64,000 nucleotides of DNA. Source: Candidatus Omnitrophota bacterium (GTDB taxonomy: Bacteria; Omnitrophota; Omnitrophia; Omnitrophales; JACROU01). The stretch lies in contig JAJDCD010000025.1 of assembly GCA_029261035.1 (NCBI GenBank), forward strand, positions 2,926 to 66,925, given 5' to 3'. The translations under genes were made by a program, and so were the position numbers. Positions 39,236-49,110 of this stretch are shown one piece after another. Position 1 is the stretch's first letter; every line of letters begins with the position of its first letter. Under the pieces are notes generated by a model, which was not told the origin of the DNA, ran no database searches, and saw nothing but the letters and a program-made list of their open reading frames with translations.

Positions 39236-41026
39236 TTAAGCTTTTCTGATTTTTAAGCTCAATTCATCGAGCTGTTTTTCAGCAACACTGGAAGGAGCTT
39301 CTGTTAAGGGGCATGATGCTTTTTGTGTCTTAGGAAAAGCAATCACATCTCGTATAGAATCCAACCCTAAGAGTTCTGCAACCAACCGATCCAACCCCAA
39401 CGCAATTCCACCATGGGGAGGAGCCCCAAACTCAAGTGCTCTCAATAAAAAACCAAATTTTTCTTCCGCTTCTTCTTTATCAATACCCAAACACTCAAAA
39501 ACGAATTTCTGCATATCCTGTTCGTGAATACGAATACTTCCACCACCAATCTCAGTCCCATTGAGGACAAGATCATAAGCTTTTGCTTTTACTGTTAAAG
39601 GATCTGTTTTTAGCTTATCCACATCTTCATTTTTGGGAGACGTAAAAGGATGATGGAGTGCAATATAACGCTTATCTTCCTCACTAAATTCTAATAATGG
39701 AAAATCAACCACCCAAGCCAGTTCAAACTTATCTTTCTCAATTAAATTTAATCTCTTAGCCAAATTCAATCTTAAAGCTCCTAAAGAAAAACAAGTTGTA
39801 TTCAACGATGAAGCGACAATCAAAATAGCATCCCCTACCTGCACAGAAAGTTTTTCTTTTAAAGACTCCAAAGACCCCTCGCCTAAATGCTTAGCCACCG
39901 GAGATTCCCATTTCCCTGCTTCTGGATATTTAATCCAAACAAGCCCCTTTGCCCCATAAGTTTTTACATACTCCGTTAGATCATCAAAGTCTTTACGCGA
40001 AAAAGAGGCCCCTCCTGGAACTACAAGCGCTTTAATAGCACCCTTATTTTGAAGCACATCTTGAAAAACTTTAAAAGAAGTACCTTCAAAGACCGTGTTC
40101 ACATCCTGAAGTTCTAATTCAAATCTCAAATCTGGTTTATCAGAACCATAACGCTTCAGAGCCTCATCATAAGGAATTCTTTTTAATGGCAAAGAAATGT
40201 CTTTGCCTAACATTTGTTTAAAAATAAGGGAAACCATATTTTCAATTAAACTCATAACATCCACCTCTTCAACAAAGGACATCTCAATGTCTATTTGAGT
40301 ATGTTCCGGTTGACGGTCCGCCCTGAGATCTTCATCCCGAAAACAACGAGCTAACTGAAAATAGCGATCAACACCAGAAACCATCAGCATTTGTTTGAAT
40401 AACTGAGGCGATTGTGGAAGAGCATAAAAAGATCCTTCTTGCACTCGAGAAGGAACCAAATAATCTCTAGCACCTTCGGGTGTACTTCGAGTTAAATAAG
40501 GTGTTTCAACTTCTAAAAAACCATTTTGATCTAAGAAATCACGGACTAATTTAGAAATTTGATAACGAAACCTCATATTATGAACCATAGAACGACGTCT
40601 TAAATCTAAATAACGATATTTCAAACGAATATCATCAGATACAAAATCTTCTTCAGAAATTTCAAAAGGAGGAACTTCAGATACATTCAAAAGGTTTAAT
40701 TCACTCACATGAATCTCAATTTCACCTGTAGGCAACTTTTTATTTACAGTTCCGTCAGGGCGTTTTTCTACAATACCATGAACCTGCAGCACGTATTCCG
40801 AACGCAAACTCTCAGCTTGTTTATGAAGCTCTGGGTTTTGTTCTGGGTTAAAAACCAATTGCGTCAATCCTAAACGATCTCTTAAATCAATAAAAATCAA
40901 TCCCCCATGATCTCTTCTCTTATCAACCCAACCACAAAGAGTCACCGTTTCGCCTAAATGAGTACTGTTAATTTCGCCACAATGATGTGTTCTATATGTT
41001 GTCTTTAACCGGCTCTGCTGTTTCAT
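39236..41026 (-). CDS. aspS: Aspartate--tRNA ligase
   Basis: 596 aa. N-terminal OB-fold anticodon-binding domain, class II motifs (FRDEDLRADRQPEHTQID; GGGSIRIH). Confidence 0.95.
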   Translation of the reverse strand: MKQQSRLKTTYRTHHCGEINSTHLGETVTLCGWVDKRRDHGGLIFIDLRDRLGLTQLVFNPEQNPELHKQAESLRSEYVLQVHGIVEKRPDGTVNKKLPTGEIEIHVSELNLLNVSEVPPFEISEEDFVSDDIRLKYRYLDLRRRSMVHNMRFRYQISKLVRDFLDQNGFLEVETPYLTRSTPEGARDYLVPSRVQEGSFYALPQSPQLFKQMLMVSGVDRYFQLARCFRDEDLRADRQPEHTQIDIEMSFVEEVDVMSLIENMVSLIFKQMLGKDISLPLKRIPYDEALKRYGSDKPDLRFELELQDVNTVFEGTSFKVFQDVLQNKGAIKALVVPGGASFSRKDFDDLTEYVKTYGAKGLVWIKYPEAGKWESPVAKHLGEGSLESLKEKLSVQVGDAILIVASSLNTTCFSLGALRLNLAKRLNLIEKDKFELAWVVDFPLLEFSEEDKRYIALHHPFTSPKNEDVDKLKTDPLTVKAKAYDLVLNGTEIGGGSIRIHEQDMQKFVFECLGIDKEEAEEKFGFLLRALEFGAPPHGGIALGLDRLVAELLGLDSIRDVIAFPKTQKASCPLTEAPSSVAEKQLDELSLKIRKA

Positions 41027-41028
41027 GA

Positions 41029-42303
41029 TTATGTTAATATTCCTTTCAAAACTTTTTTAATAGAATCGTATTGAACTTTCTCTTGAGTTCCAGTTTTCAT
41101 ATCTTTAATTGACACTTGACCTTCTTTAAACTCGTCTTCTCCCTGAAGAATCACAACCCTTGCGTTCAAACGATCAGCTCGTTGAAAATGCTTCTTCATC
41201 TTTACCTCTTTAAACGATATCTCCTCTACACTAAAATTATCTTTTCTCAATTCAGACTGAATTTCTAGAGCTTTCTTCTTAATATCTGGGCTATCACCAA
41301 AAACACACATATAAACCAATGCATTTTGAAACTGATTTTGCCCCCACACGCCATCACCTTCTAGAGCAACAATCAAACGCTCAATACCTAAAGCAAACCC
41401 ACAGGCTCCGCAGTCTTTAGAACCACCCAATTCACCCACTAAAGAGTCATACCTTCCTCCGGCTCCAATCGCATTTTGAGCCCCCAAAGCAGGATGAGTG
41501 ATTTCATAAACAATGTCATTATAATAATCCAAACCCCGAACTATTTTAGTGTTAATCCGGTAAGGAATATTTCGTTGCTCTAAAATCTCTTTAACTTGCT
41601 CTAGATGCTCTTTAGACTTTGGCAAAAGAGACTCTAAAATACTGGGTGCTTTCTTAATAATTTCTTGATCCCTTGGGTCTTTTGAATCTAAGACTCTAAT
41701 CACATTTGTCTCAATGCGCCTCTGGCTATCTTCAGACATATTTGAAATATAAGATTGCAGATAATCCTTAAGCTTCTTCCTATAACCTGCTCGAGATTCC
41801 TTGCAACCTAACGAATTAATTTCCAAAACATAATCTTTAAGACCTAACCCCATTAAAAGCCCTTGCATCAAAGCCAATATAGCCACATCATCCTCAGCTC
41901 CTTTTGCACCAATAAACTCAGCGCCAATCTGATGAAATTGTCTAAAACGGCCTGCCTGAGGCCTTTCGGCTCTGAAGCTTGCTCCTATATAAAAAAGTTT
42001 GTCTACGGCTAACTGGTGCTCTATATAAGCACGTACAACGGATGCTGTGACTTCCGGTCTTAAAACAACATTTCTTTGCCCTCTATCTTGGAACTGAAAC
42101 ATTTCTTTCTGAACAATATCTGTTTCTTGACCAATAGAACGTTGAAATAGGTCCAAAGACTCTAAAATGGGAGTCCTGAGCTCCGTATAATTAAACTGAC
42201 GAAAGACATTACGTACCGAAGACTCAATATACTGCCATTTCCACACGTCCTCAGGAAGAATATCCGGCATTCCCTTTAAAGATTTAAATTTAGTTGAAGC
42301 CAT
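41029..42303 (-). CDS. hisS: Histidine--tRNA ligase
   Basis: 424 aa. Class II aaRS motifs (LRPE; GGRYD) and a C-terminal anticodon-binding domain. Confidence 0.95.
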   Translation of the reverse strand: MASTKFKSLKGMPDILPEDVWKWQYIESSVRNVFRQFNYTELRTPILESLDLFQRSIGQETDIVQKEMFQFQDRGQRNVVLRPEVTASVVRAYIEHQLAVDKLFYIGASFRAERPQAGRFRQFHQIGAEFIGAKGAEDDVAILALMQGLLMGLGLKDYVLEINSLGCKESRAGYRKKLKDYLQSYISNMSEDSQRRIETNVIRVLDSKDPRDQEIIKKAPSILESLLPKSKEHLEQVKEILEQRNIPYRINTKIVRGLDYYNDIVYEITHPALGAQNAIGAGGRYDSLVGELGGSKDCGACGFALGIERLIVALEGDGVWGQNQFQNALVYMCVFGDSPDIKKKALEIQSELRKDNFSVEEISFKEVKMKKHFQRADRLNARVVILQGEDEFKEGQVSIKDMKTGTQEKVQYDSIKKVLKGILT

Positions 42304-42378
42304 CGCAGTTTTATCTCACAAAATTAGGTTAGATTCATATTGAATTAAATTAATTGGCTCTTTTAGTTATGTACCTTA

Positions 42379-42406
42379 GTGTGCGGGGTCTTTAGACCTG
42401 GCACAC
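42379..42406. repeat. Intergenic palindromic repeat family 2, copy 1: gtgtgcggggtctttagacctggcacac (outer stem gtgtgc/gcacac, inner stem ggtct/agacc), in the hisS leader
   Basis: The reverse-complement copy sits at 54577..54605 (gtgtgccaggtctttcagaccccgcacac), in opposite orientation relative to local transcription. Confidence 0.6.
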
Positions 42407-42619
42407 CTCTCCTTAGTAAGCCTTTCCAACAGGGCCATAAAAACAGGTATCATAGCATAGCTAACGAAGGGATTCAAACAAGGGTTTAATAGGTCAATTT
42501 AAGGAAATTGTAGGATGTATAAAGTGAGTCAAAAAGACACAAAAATACTTATAAACGTAATAATCCATGTCAATTTAAGGTAAATCTGAAACGAGAAAAA
42601 CAAAAGGCAGGAAAGCTAA

Positions 42620-42805
42620 TTAGAACTTAGCTTGAGCTTTTTTCTTAGCAGAATTTCTCTTTTCACGCCTTTTAATTTCACTAGGTTTTTCATAGTGTTT
42701 GCGTTGTTTTAAAATCTTAAGAATACCTTCTCTTTCGATTTTCTTCTTAAGGCGTCGCAAAGCTTTATCTAAATTCTCATTTTGTCCAACAAGTACTTTT
42801 GTCAC
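42620..42805 (-). CDS. rpsU: 30S ribosomal protein S21
   Basis: True start is GTG at 42805, preceded by aaaggag with 5 nt spacing. It yields 61 aa: MTKVLVGQNENLDKALRRLKKKIEREGILKILKQRKHYEKPSEIKRREKRNSAKKKAQAKF. The track ORF (95 aa) is over-extended at the N-terminus. Confidence 0.8.
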   Translation of the reverse strand: MTKVLVGQNENLDKALRRLKKKIEREGILKILKQRKHYEKPSEIKRREKRNSAKKKAQAKF

Positions 42806-42891
42806 GTGAGCTCCTTTATTAATTTTGATTATTATATCCAAGAGACTCTTATTGTCAACAAGAGTCTCCCAGATATTATAACAGGCTCTGA

Positions 42892-43671
42892 TTGCTGGAT
42901 TTATCACCCCATTTCGTGTATATTGATTGGCTTATGAAGACACTATTTCACACTCAAATGCTCATAAAAGCAGCCCTAAATTGCTTATACCCTACAGTCT
43001 GTGCCTTATGTCAAAAAGGTCTTCTTCTGACTGAGGACCATATTTGCAAAAGTTGCTATAGTACGCTGGAATCCACAAGCCAGCACTCTTGCTATCAATG
43101 CGCTAAAGATCTTCCTCGTTGGGCACCGTCCGGATCGAAGTGTACCCATTGTAAAAATGATGCTTGGTTTGTAGATGAAACTATTTCTCTTTTTCGATAC
43201 AACTCCTCTTTTAAAACTTTACTTCATTTGATTAAATTTGACGATCAAGATTGGATTATTAACAACTTTAAGCGCCGAATAAAAAACAGATTGAAAAACT
43301 CAGGCTTCGAAACCCACGCCCCTTCCATTGTCGTTCCTGTCCCCTTAGATCCTAAAAGGTATAGAGAGCGTAAATTTAATCAATCAGAAATTATTGCTAA
43401 TACCGTTTCTGAAGATTTTCTAATTAAAAAACAATCATCGATTATCAAACGAAAAAAATGCTTATACCCTCAAAGTTTCTTACGTAAAAACGAAAGAAAA
43501 GTAAATTTAAAGAATGTATTTTCTATTCACAAAAAAGCTTCCATTGCCGGACAGTGGGTTTTACTTGTAGATGATGTTATTACAACAGGAACAACCATCA
43601 ACGAATGTGCCAAAGTCTTAAAAGAAGCAGGCGCTTCTAGAGTAACCGCACTTTCTTTAGGTAGAGCATAA
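42892..43671 (+). CDS. comF: ComF/GntX-family phosphoribosyltransferase-domain protein
   Basis: 259 aa from a TTG start. N-terminal Cys-rich zinc ribbon (CALCQK...CKSCY...CYQC...CTHC) and a C-terminal PRT motif VLLVDDVITTGTT. Confidence 0.75.
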   Translation: MLDLSPHFVYIDWLMKTLFHTQMLIKAALNCLYPTVCALCQKGLLLTEDHICKSCYSTLESTSQHSCYQCAKDLPRWAPSGSKCTHCKNDAWFVDETISLFRYNSSFKTLLHLIKFDDQDWIINNFKRRIKNRLKNSGFETHAPSIVVPVPLDPKRYRERKFNQSEIIANTVSEDFLIKKQSSIIKRKKCLYPQSFLRKNERKVNLKNVFSIHKKASIAGQWVLLVDDVITTGTTINECAKVLKEAGASRVTALSLGRA

Positions 43672-43674
43672 TTT

Positions 43675-44769
43675 ATGAAGATATTAGACCGATATATTAT
43701 TAGAGAACTTTTAGCCCCTGTTATTTTTTGTTCCATCAGCCTTGTTGCATTGGTTTTGATTGCAGATGTTTTCGATAATTTAGACGAAATGCTAAAAAAC
43801 AAGACAGAAGCTAACTTTATCTTGGGTTACTATCTCAATTTGATTCCAATGGCATTTTCTCAAACTATAAATTGGGCAACACTCCTTGGAACTATTTATC
43901 TGCTTTTTAACTATAATCGATATAATGAAATCTTAGCTATGAAAGCTGCCGGAATGAACATTGAAACCATCATGATTCCCCTGCTTTACGTAGGCCTCAT
44001 GATCGGCATCGTCACATTTTTTGTGAATGACCAAGTAGTTCCCCGAACCTTTCTTCTAGCTCGAGATATTAAAGTGTCTCAAATAGAGAAAAATACAATC
44101 AAAGAAGATGGGCTAACGTTATATGATGTTACTTACTTTAGTCCCGACAATGAGATTTTTTATATTCGTAGCTTAAATACAGTGAAAAAACAAATGAAAA
44201 ACATGGTTGTTGTTTTTCTTAATCCTGAAAAGAGAGCAGAGCGAAAGCTTATTGCAAGAGAAGCCAATTGGGATGGGAATGTTTGGAAATTAAAGCAAGT
44301 TACTAGTTATAATATGAATGACCAAGGACGCATGCTTAGTGACCCGCAAGTTCTTACTGAAAAAGATTTCACTGAAACAAAAGTAACCCCTACTGAACTT
44401 ATTGAAACCAGCCGAGAAGGAGTATTTTTAAGTTACAAAGAACTTAAAAATCAAATCAGAAAACTTAAAGAACATCAATTCAAACTCAATACAGAAGAAG
44501 TTGAGTTAAGCAACAAGTTAGCAGCTCCTTGGCACAACCTCATCATGATTCTAATTGCAGTCCCCTTACTATCAGGAACTGCAAAAAGAAAAATGTTTGC
44601 CGTCAATCTTCTAAAGTGTTTTGGTGTTGTACTCGCCTTTCATTTCGTCACAGCCATCTCTCTCGCATTAGGAAAGTCCGGCGTCTTCTGGCCACCACTT
44701 GCAGCCTGGCTCAGCACCTTCATCTTCGGAGCCACCACCATCTTCTACCTAGACCACGGAAATAGATAA
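43675..44769 (+). CDS. LptF/LptG-family LPS export permease (YjgP/YjgQ)
   Basis: 364 aa. MKILDRYIIRELLAPVIFCSISLVALVL... 6 TM segments with a periplasmic beta-jellyroll insert. Confidence 0.75.
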   Translation: MKILDRYIIRELLAPVIFCSISLVALVLIADVFDNLDEMLKNKTEANFILGYYLNLIPMAFSQTINWATLLGTIYLLFNYNRYNEILAMKAAGMNIETIMIPLLYVGLMIGIVTFFVNDQVVPRTFLLARDIKVSQIEKNTIKEDGLTLYDVTYFSPDNEIFYIRSLNTVKKQMKNMVVVFLNPEKRAERKLIAREANWDGNVWKLKQVTSYNMNDQGRMLSDPQVLTEKDFTETKVTPTELIETSREGVFLSYKELKNQIRKLKEHQFKLNTEEVELSNKLAAPWHNLIMILIAVPLLSGTAKRKMFAVNLLKCFGVVLAFHFVTAISLALGKSGVFWPPLAAWLSTFIFGATTIFYLDHGNR

Positions 44770-44939
44770 AAACAGTTATTAGTTTTTGGCTATTAGCTTT
44801 TATTCCATTCTGAGATTCCCACAACTCCTTAACCAAGGTCTCGCAATGACAGAAATTAGACTACTCCCCTTAAATCCTAAACCAACTCATACTTCTAACG
44901 AATGCCTTTATCCCTGCACCCAGTTTAAATCCATAATAA

Positions 44940-45190
44940 TAAAAATGCGTTTCGTTATTAATACAATAACGAAACACCTTAGACTTCTGTAATAAGATGG
45001 GCTCGATGTCCATCTTATTACAACCTCCCACACCCCCACCCACGTTAACGACTTTAAGGAAAAGGGTGCAGCCTCGCCGCGAGTTCACAAAAATCGCATT
45101 TAAATTTTTGTGCTGTCTGAGCGCTGAGGCTACACCCTTTTCCGAGCAAAACCCCACAACTCTTGAGATTGCTACAACCTTCAGCAAAAC
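44940..45190. other. Hairpin-dense, relatively GC-rich convergent intergenic region. Candidate structured ncRNA of unknown class
   Basis: Perfect hairpins at 44949..44975 (gtttcgttatt/aataacgaaac) and 44988..45022 (tgtaataagatgg/ccatcttattaca). A nested long-range stem at 45062..45139 (aagggtgcagcctc ... gaggctacaccctt) encloses cacaaaaat/atttttgtg. No convincing protein ORF. Confidence 0.25.
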
Positions 45191-45228
45191 AAAAAAAAGG
45201 CCAAGCCGAATAAATCGACTTGGCCTTT
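45186..45228 (-). terminator. Rho-independent terminator downstream of ahcY (bidirectional architecture: A-run, hairpin, T-run)
   Basis: aaaaaaaa-ggccaag-ccgaataaatcgac-cttggcc-tttt. Read on the minus strand, the hairpin is followed by about 9 T. Confidence 0.6.
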
Positions 45229-45260
45229 TCCCTTAAATCTATAACTCTATCTTAAAACTA

Positions 45261-46535
<1,275 letters not shown>

Positions 46536-46616
46536 TTAATCTCTTTCATCAAAAAAAAGTGACAGCCCTAAAATTAGTTCAGAGCTGTCACCTTTTGAAT
46601 CAGAGAAACCTGACTT

Positions 46617-47810
46617 TTAAATTAATTTTTTTAAATCTTCTACTCGGTCTAACTGCTCCCAAGTAAACCCTTCTTCAGAACGACCAAAATGTCCGTATGC
46701 TGCTGTTTGTTTAAATACAGGGCGCTTCAATTGAAGTTTTTCAATAATAGCTTGGGGAGTAAAATCAAATAACTCACCCACTTTTTCAGCTATTACTTGA
46801 TCAGAAAGCTTACCCGTACCATAAGTATTAACCATAATACTTACAGGTTCTGCAACACCAATTGCATAAGCAACTTGTATTTGACATCTCTTAGCTAACC
46901 CGCTAGCAACAATATTTTTAGCAACATAGCGTGTAAAATAAGCAGCAGAGCGATCCACCTTAGAAGGATCTTTTCCACTAAAAGCTCCTCCACCGTGAGA
47001 CCCTACACCACCGTAAGTATCTACAATAATTTTACGCCCTGTTAACCCTGTATCTCCATGAGGCCCACCAATTTCAAAACGTCCTGTTGGATTAACCAAA
47101 AGACGGGTATTTTCATCAAGATATTTTTCAGGAATCACACTAGGAATTAGTTTTTCTCTAATGTCATTTTCGATTTGCTTTTGTTCAACGTCCGTATCAT
47201 GCTGAGTACTAATAACAACCGTATCCACACGAACAGGAACACCGTTCTCATACTCAACCGTAACTTGAGATTTTGAATCTGGTCTTAAGTAAGACAAGGT
47301 TCCATCTTTTCTCAATTTTGCTAACTCACGCACTAATTGATGAGAAAGTTGGATAGGAAGAGGCATGAAAGAATCAGTCTCGTCTGTAGCGTAACCAAAC
47401 ATCATACCTTGGTCTCCGGCTCCACCTGTATCTACACCCATTGCAATGTCAGGAGATTGAGTTTGAACAGTTTGCAGAACCGCACAAGTTTTGTAATCAA
47501 AACCCATCTTTGCGTCTGTGTAACCAATTTCTTTAACTGTTTCTCTTACTATTTTAGGAATATCAATAGTTGCTGTTGTTGTAATTTCACCAGAAACATT
47601 TACCAAACCTGTGGTAATTAAAGTTTCACAAGCAACTCTTCCATTAGGATCTTGTTCAAAAATTGCATCCAAGATTGCGTCAGAAATTTGATCACACATT
47701 TTATCCGGATGTCCTTCACTTACAGATTCAGATGTAAATAAGTTTCTCAACTTAGTTGCGTCACTCAAATCTACATCCCCCTTACTTGCTAAAAGAGTCT
47801 CTTCACTCAT
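46617..47810 (-). CDS. metK: S-adenosylmethionine synthase
   Basis: 397 aa. [46 protein letters not shown] aaggag 8 nt upstream. Confidence 0.95.
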   Translation of the reverse strand: MSEETLLASKGDVDLSDATKLRNLFTSESVSEGHPDKMCDQISDAILDAIFEQDPNGRVACETLITTGLVNVSGEITTTATIDIPKIVRETVKEIGYTDAKMGFDYKTCAVLQTVQTQSPDIAMGVDTGGAGDQGMMFGYATDETDSFMPLPIQLSHQLVRELAKLRKDGTLSYLRPDSKSQVTVEYENGVPVRVDTVVISTQHDTDVEQKQIENDIREKLIPSVIPEKYLDENTRLLVNPTGRFEIGGPHGDTGLTGRKIIVDTYGGVGSHGGGAFSGKDPSKVDRSAAYFTRYVAKNIVASGLAKRCQIQVAYAIGVAEPVSIMVNTYGTGKLSDQVIAEKVGELFDFTPQAIIEKLQLKRPVFKQTAAYGHFGRSEEGFTWEQLDRVEDLKKLI

Positions 47811-47875
47811 ATTATTTATCTCCTTAAAAGATTGAATTTTAGTACTATAAACGAGCTATTTTCTATAATTACTAG

Positions 47876-47903
47876 AGTATACCTCAATATAAGGCTATTG
47901 CAA
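47876..47903 (-). promoter_or_regulatory. Candidate sigma70-like promoter for metK: TTGCAA, 16 nt spacer, TATACT
   Basis: On the minus strand: ttgcaatagccttatattgaggtatact, about 65 nt upstream of the metK ATG. This leaves a short leader, so no riboswitch. Confidence 0.35.
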
Positions 47904-48008
47904 GTTGACTATGATACCACCCCTTGGGGGAGCGTCCAAGAACTAATTTATTAGCATTCGATAGGCTGTTTAAGGTGTTTACTACCAATAAGATAAGGAT
48001 CTTTCTCT

Positions 48009-49109
48009 TTATGAGCGGGCCAACTCATTTCTCAGCTGGTTGGTAACATCAATAGGAGTTGGGTCTACTTCGTAGAGCATTGCTAAATAGAAACTAACAA
48101 AATCGCTTAAATAAGCTAAAGAAAACATTCGAGTCAGAAACGAGGATCCTTGAGAAGATAGCGTTACAATTTCAGCTCCTGTTTTTTCAATAACTTTTTT
48201 TGAAAAATCGACATGCTTTTGAATACGGGAGTGATCCTCTTTATCTAGTAAAAAAATAGCTGAAAAGTTTTTAAGCAACTCCTCCGGATTCTTCCATCCA
48301 ATCATCTCGTTATGGGCCATTTCAGGTAAACTATGATGACTTGCTAAAAGTTTTGCATTTTCTTCGAACTGCTGTCTCCATCTTAAAGCAATCGATTCAA
48401 TCATAGTCGAAGCATAAATAATAGGATACGTCCCATATATTTGTCTCGCAATTTGCTTGGCAACATTATCTCTTTCTGGGACATCAAAAGAATACTGTTC
48501 CCTTGCTAATAAACTTAAAAGCTCTGATGTTTCAGAAATATCTTTAAAATCTAATGAAAATAAATTTAAATTATTAAGCAACGTCAGCTGTGATACAACA
48601 GAGTAACCCAATGTCGTACGAGGAGGATAACCTGAAGGAAATTTAATAAAAGGAATTTTGTTTTTGGAGGCAAAGGATTCAATTTCTCCACCCGAAGAAA
48701 ATATAACTAAAGGACAACCTCTTTCAAAGGCCTCTTTGCAAGCTGAGATTGTTGCATCTGTATTGCCCGAATAACTAATAGCAATGACCAAAGTTTCTTT
48801 TTGTGCACTGTGAGGCAAATGATAATAACGATTTACTTGCAACGGTTTCGTAGAAACAGGCATCAATAAATGGCGGACAAAATCAGCCCCAATCGCTGAA
48901 CCTCCTAATGCGGTAAAACAAATTGAAGAAATTGGCTTGTCTTTAATTGAAGACAGGTCAACATCCTCAAGCAACTCTACTCCCAATTGAAATTGACTAG
49001 GAAATTCAGCAATAGTTTTTCTGAGATTACTTGCATCCAAGCATTCTATAGATTTTATATCATCTAAATTAATCATTTTTTCCTTTTTCATTGGAGAGGA
49101 GTATTTCAT
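48009..49109 (-). CDS. Bifunctional phosphoglucose/phosphomannose isomerase, SIS-domain (archaeal-type PGI/PMI) family
   Basis: 366 aa. SIS motifs: LVIAISYSGNTDATI; a second SIS half with GTYPIIYAS. Confidence 0.75.
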   Translation of the reverse strand: MKYSSPMKKEKMINLDDIKSIECLDASNLRKTIAEFPSQFQLGVELLEDVDLSSIKDKPISSICFTALGGSAIGADFVRHLLMPVSTKPLQVNRYYHLPHSAQKETLVIAISYSGNTDATISACKEAFERGCPLVIFSSGGEIESFASKNKIPFIKFPSGYPPRTTLGYSVVSQLTLLNNLNLFSLDFKDISETSELLSLLAREQYSFDVPERDNVAKQIARQIYGTYPIIYASTMIESIALRWRQQFEENAKLLASHHSLPEMAHNEMIGWKNPEELLKNFSAIFLLDKEDHSRIQKHVDFSKKVIEKTGAEIVTLSSQGSSFLTRMFSLAYLSDFVSFYLAMLYEVDPTPIDVTNQLRNELARS

Positions 49110-49110
49110 C

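Noticed and set aside
42304-42619. Possible T-box riboswitch in the 316-nt hisS leader
   Set aside because: I read the leader on the minus strand. There is no AGGGTGGNACCGCG T-box sequence and no specifier-loop/antiterminator arrangement. The conspicuous hairpin is instead a copy of palindromic repeat family 2.
42620-42907. 95-aa version of S21 and long N-termini of hpf, tilS, hldE and ybeY given by the track
   Set aside because: The track extends to the most upstream ATG/GTG/TTG. Alignment to the family N-termini and the RBS positions support shorter proteins. For example, S21 starts at GTG 42805 after aaaggag.
44940-45190. RNase P RNA, tmRNA or SRP RNA in the structured spacer
   Set aside because: The conserved P4/CR-I motif (AGGAAAGUCCGGGCUCC), the tmRNA tag-coding and tRNA-like end, and the SRP domain IV motif are all absent on both strands. 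The class is left open.
44786-45236. ORFs 44786..44992 (+), 44870..45187 (-) and 44997..45236 (+) in the lptF/G-ahcY spacer
   Set aside because: They overlap each other and are made of hairpin palindromes. No RBS. I treated the region as non-coding structured DNA/RNA instead.
47811-48008. Possible SAM riboswitch upstream of metK
   Set aside because: No SAM-I/II consensus was found. A good TTGCAA-16-TATACT promoter lies only about 65 nt upstream of the ATG, leaving too short a leader.
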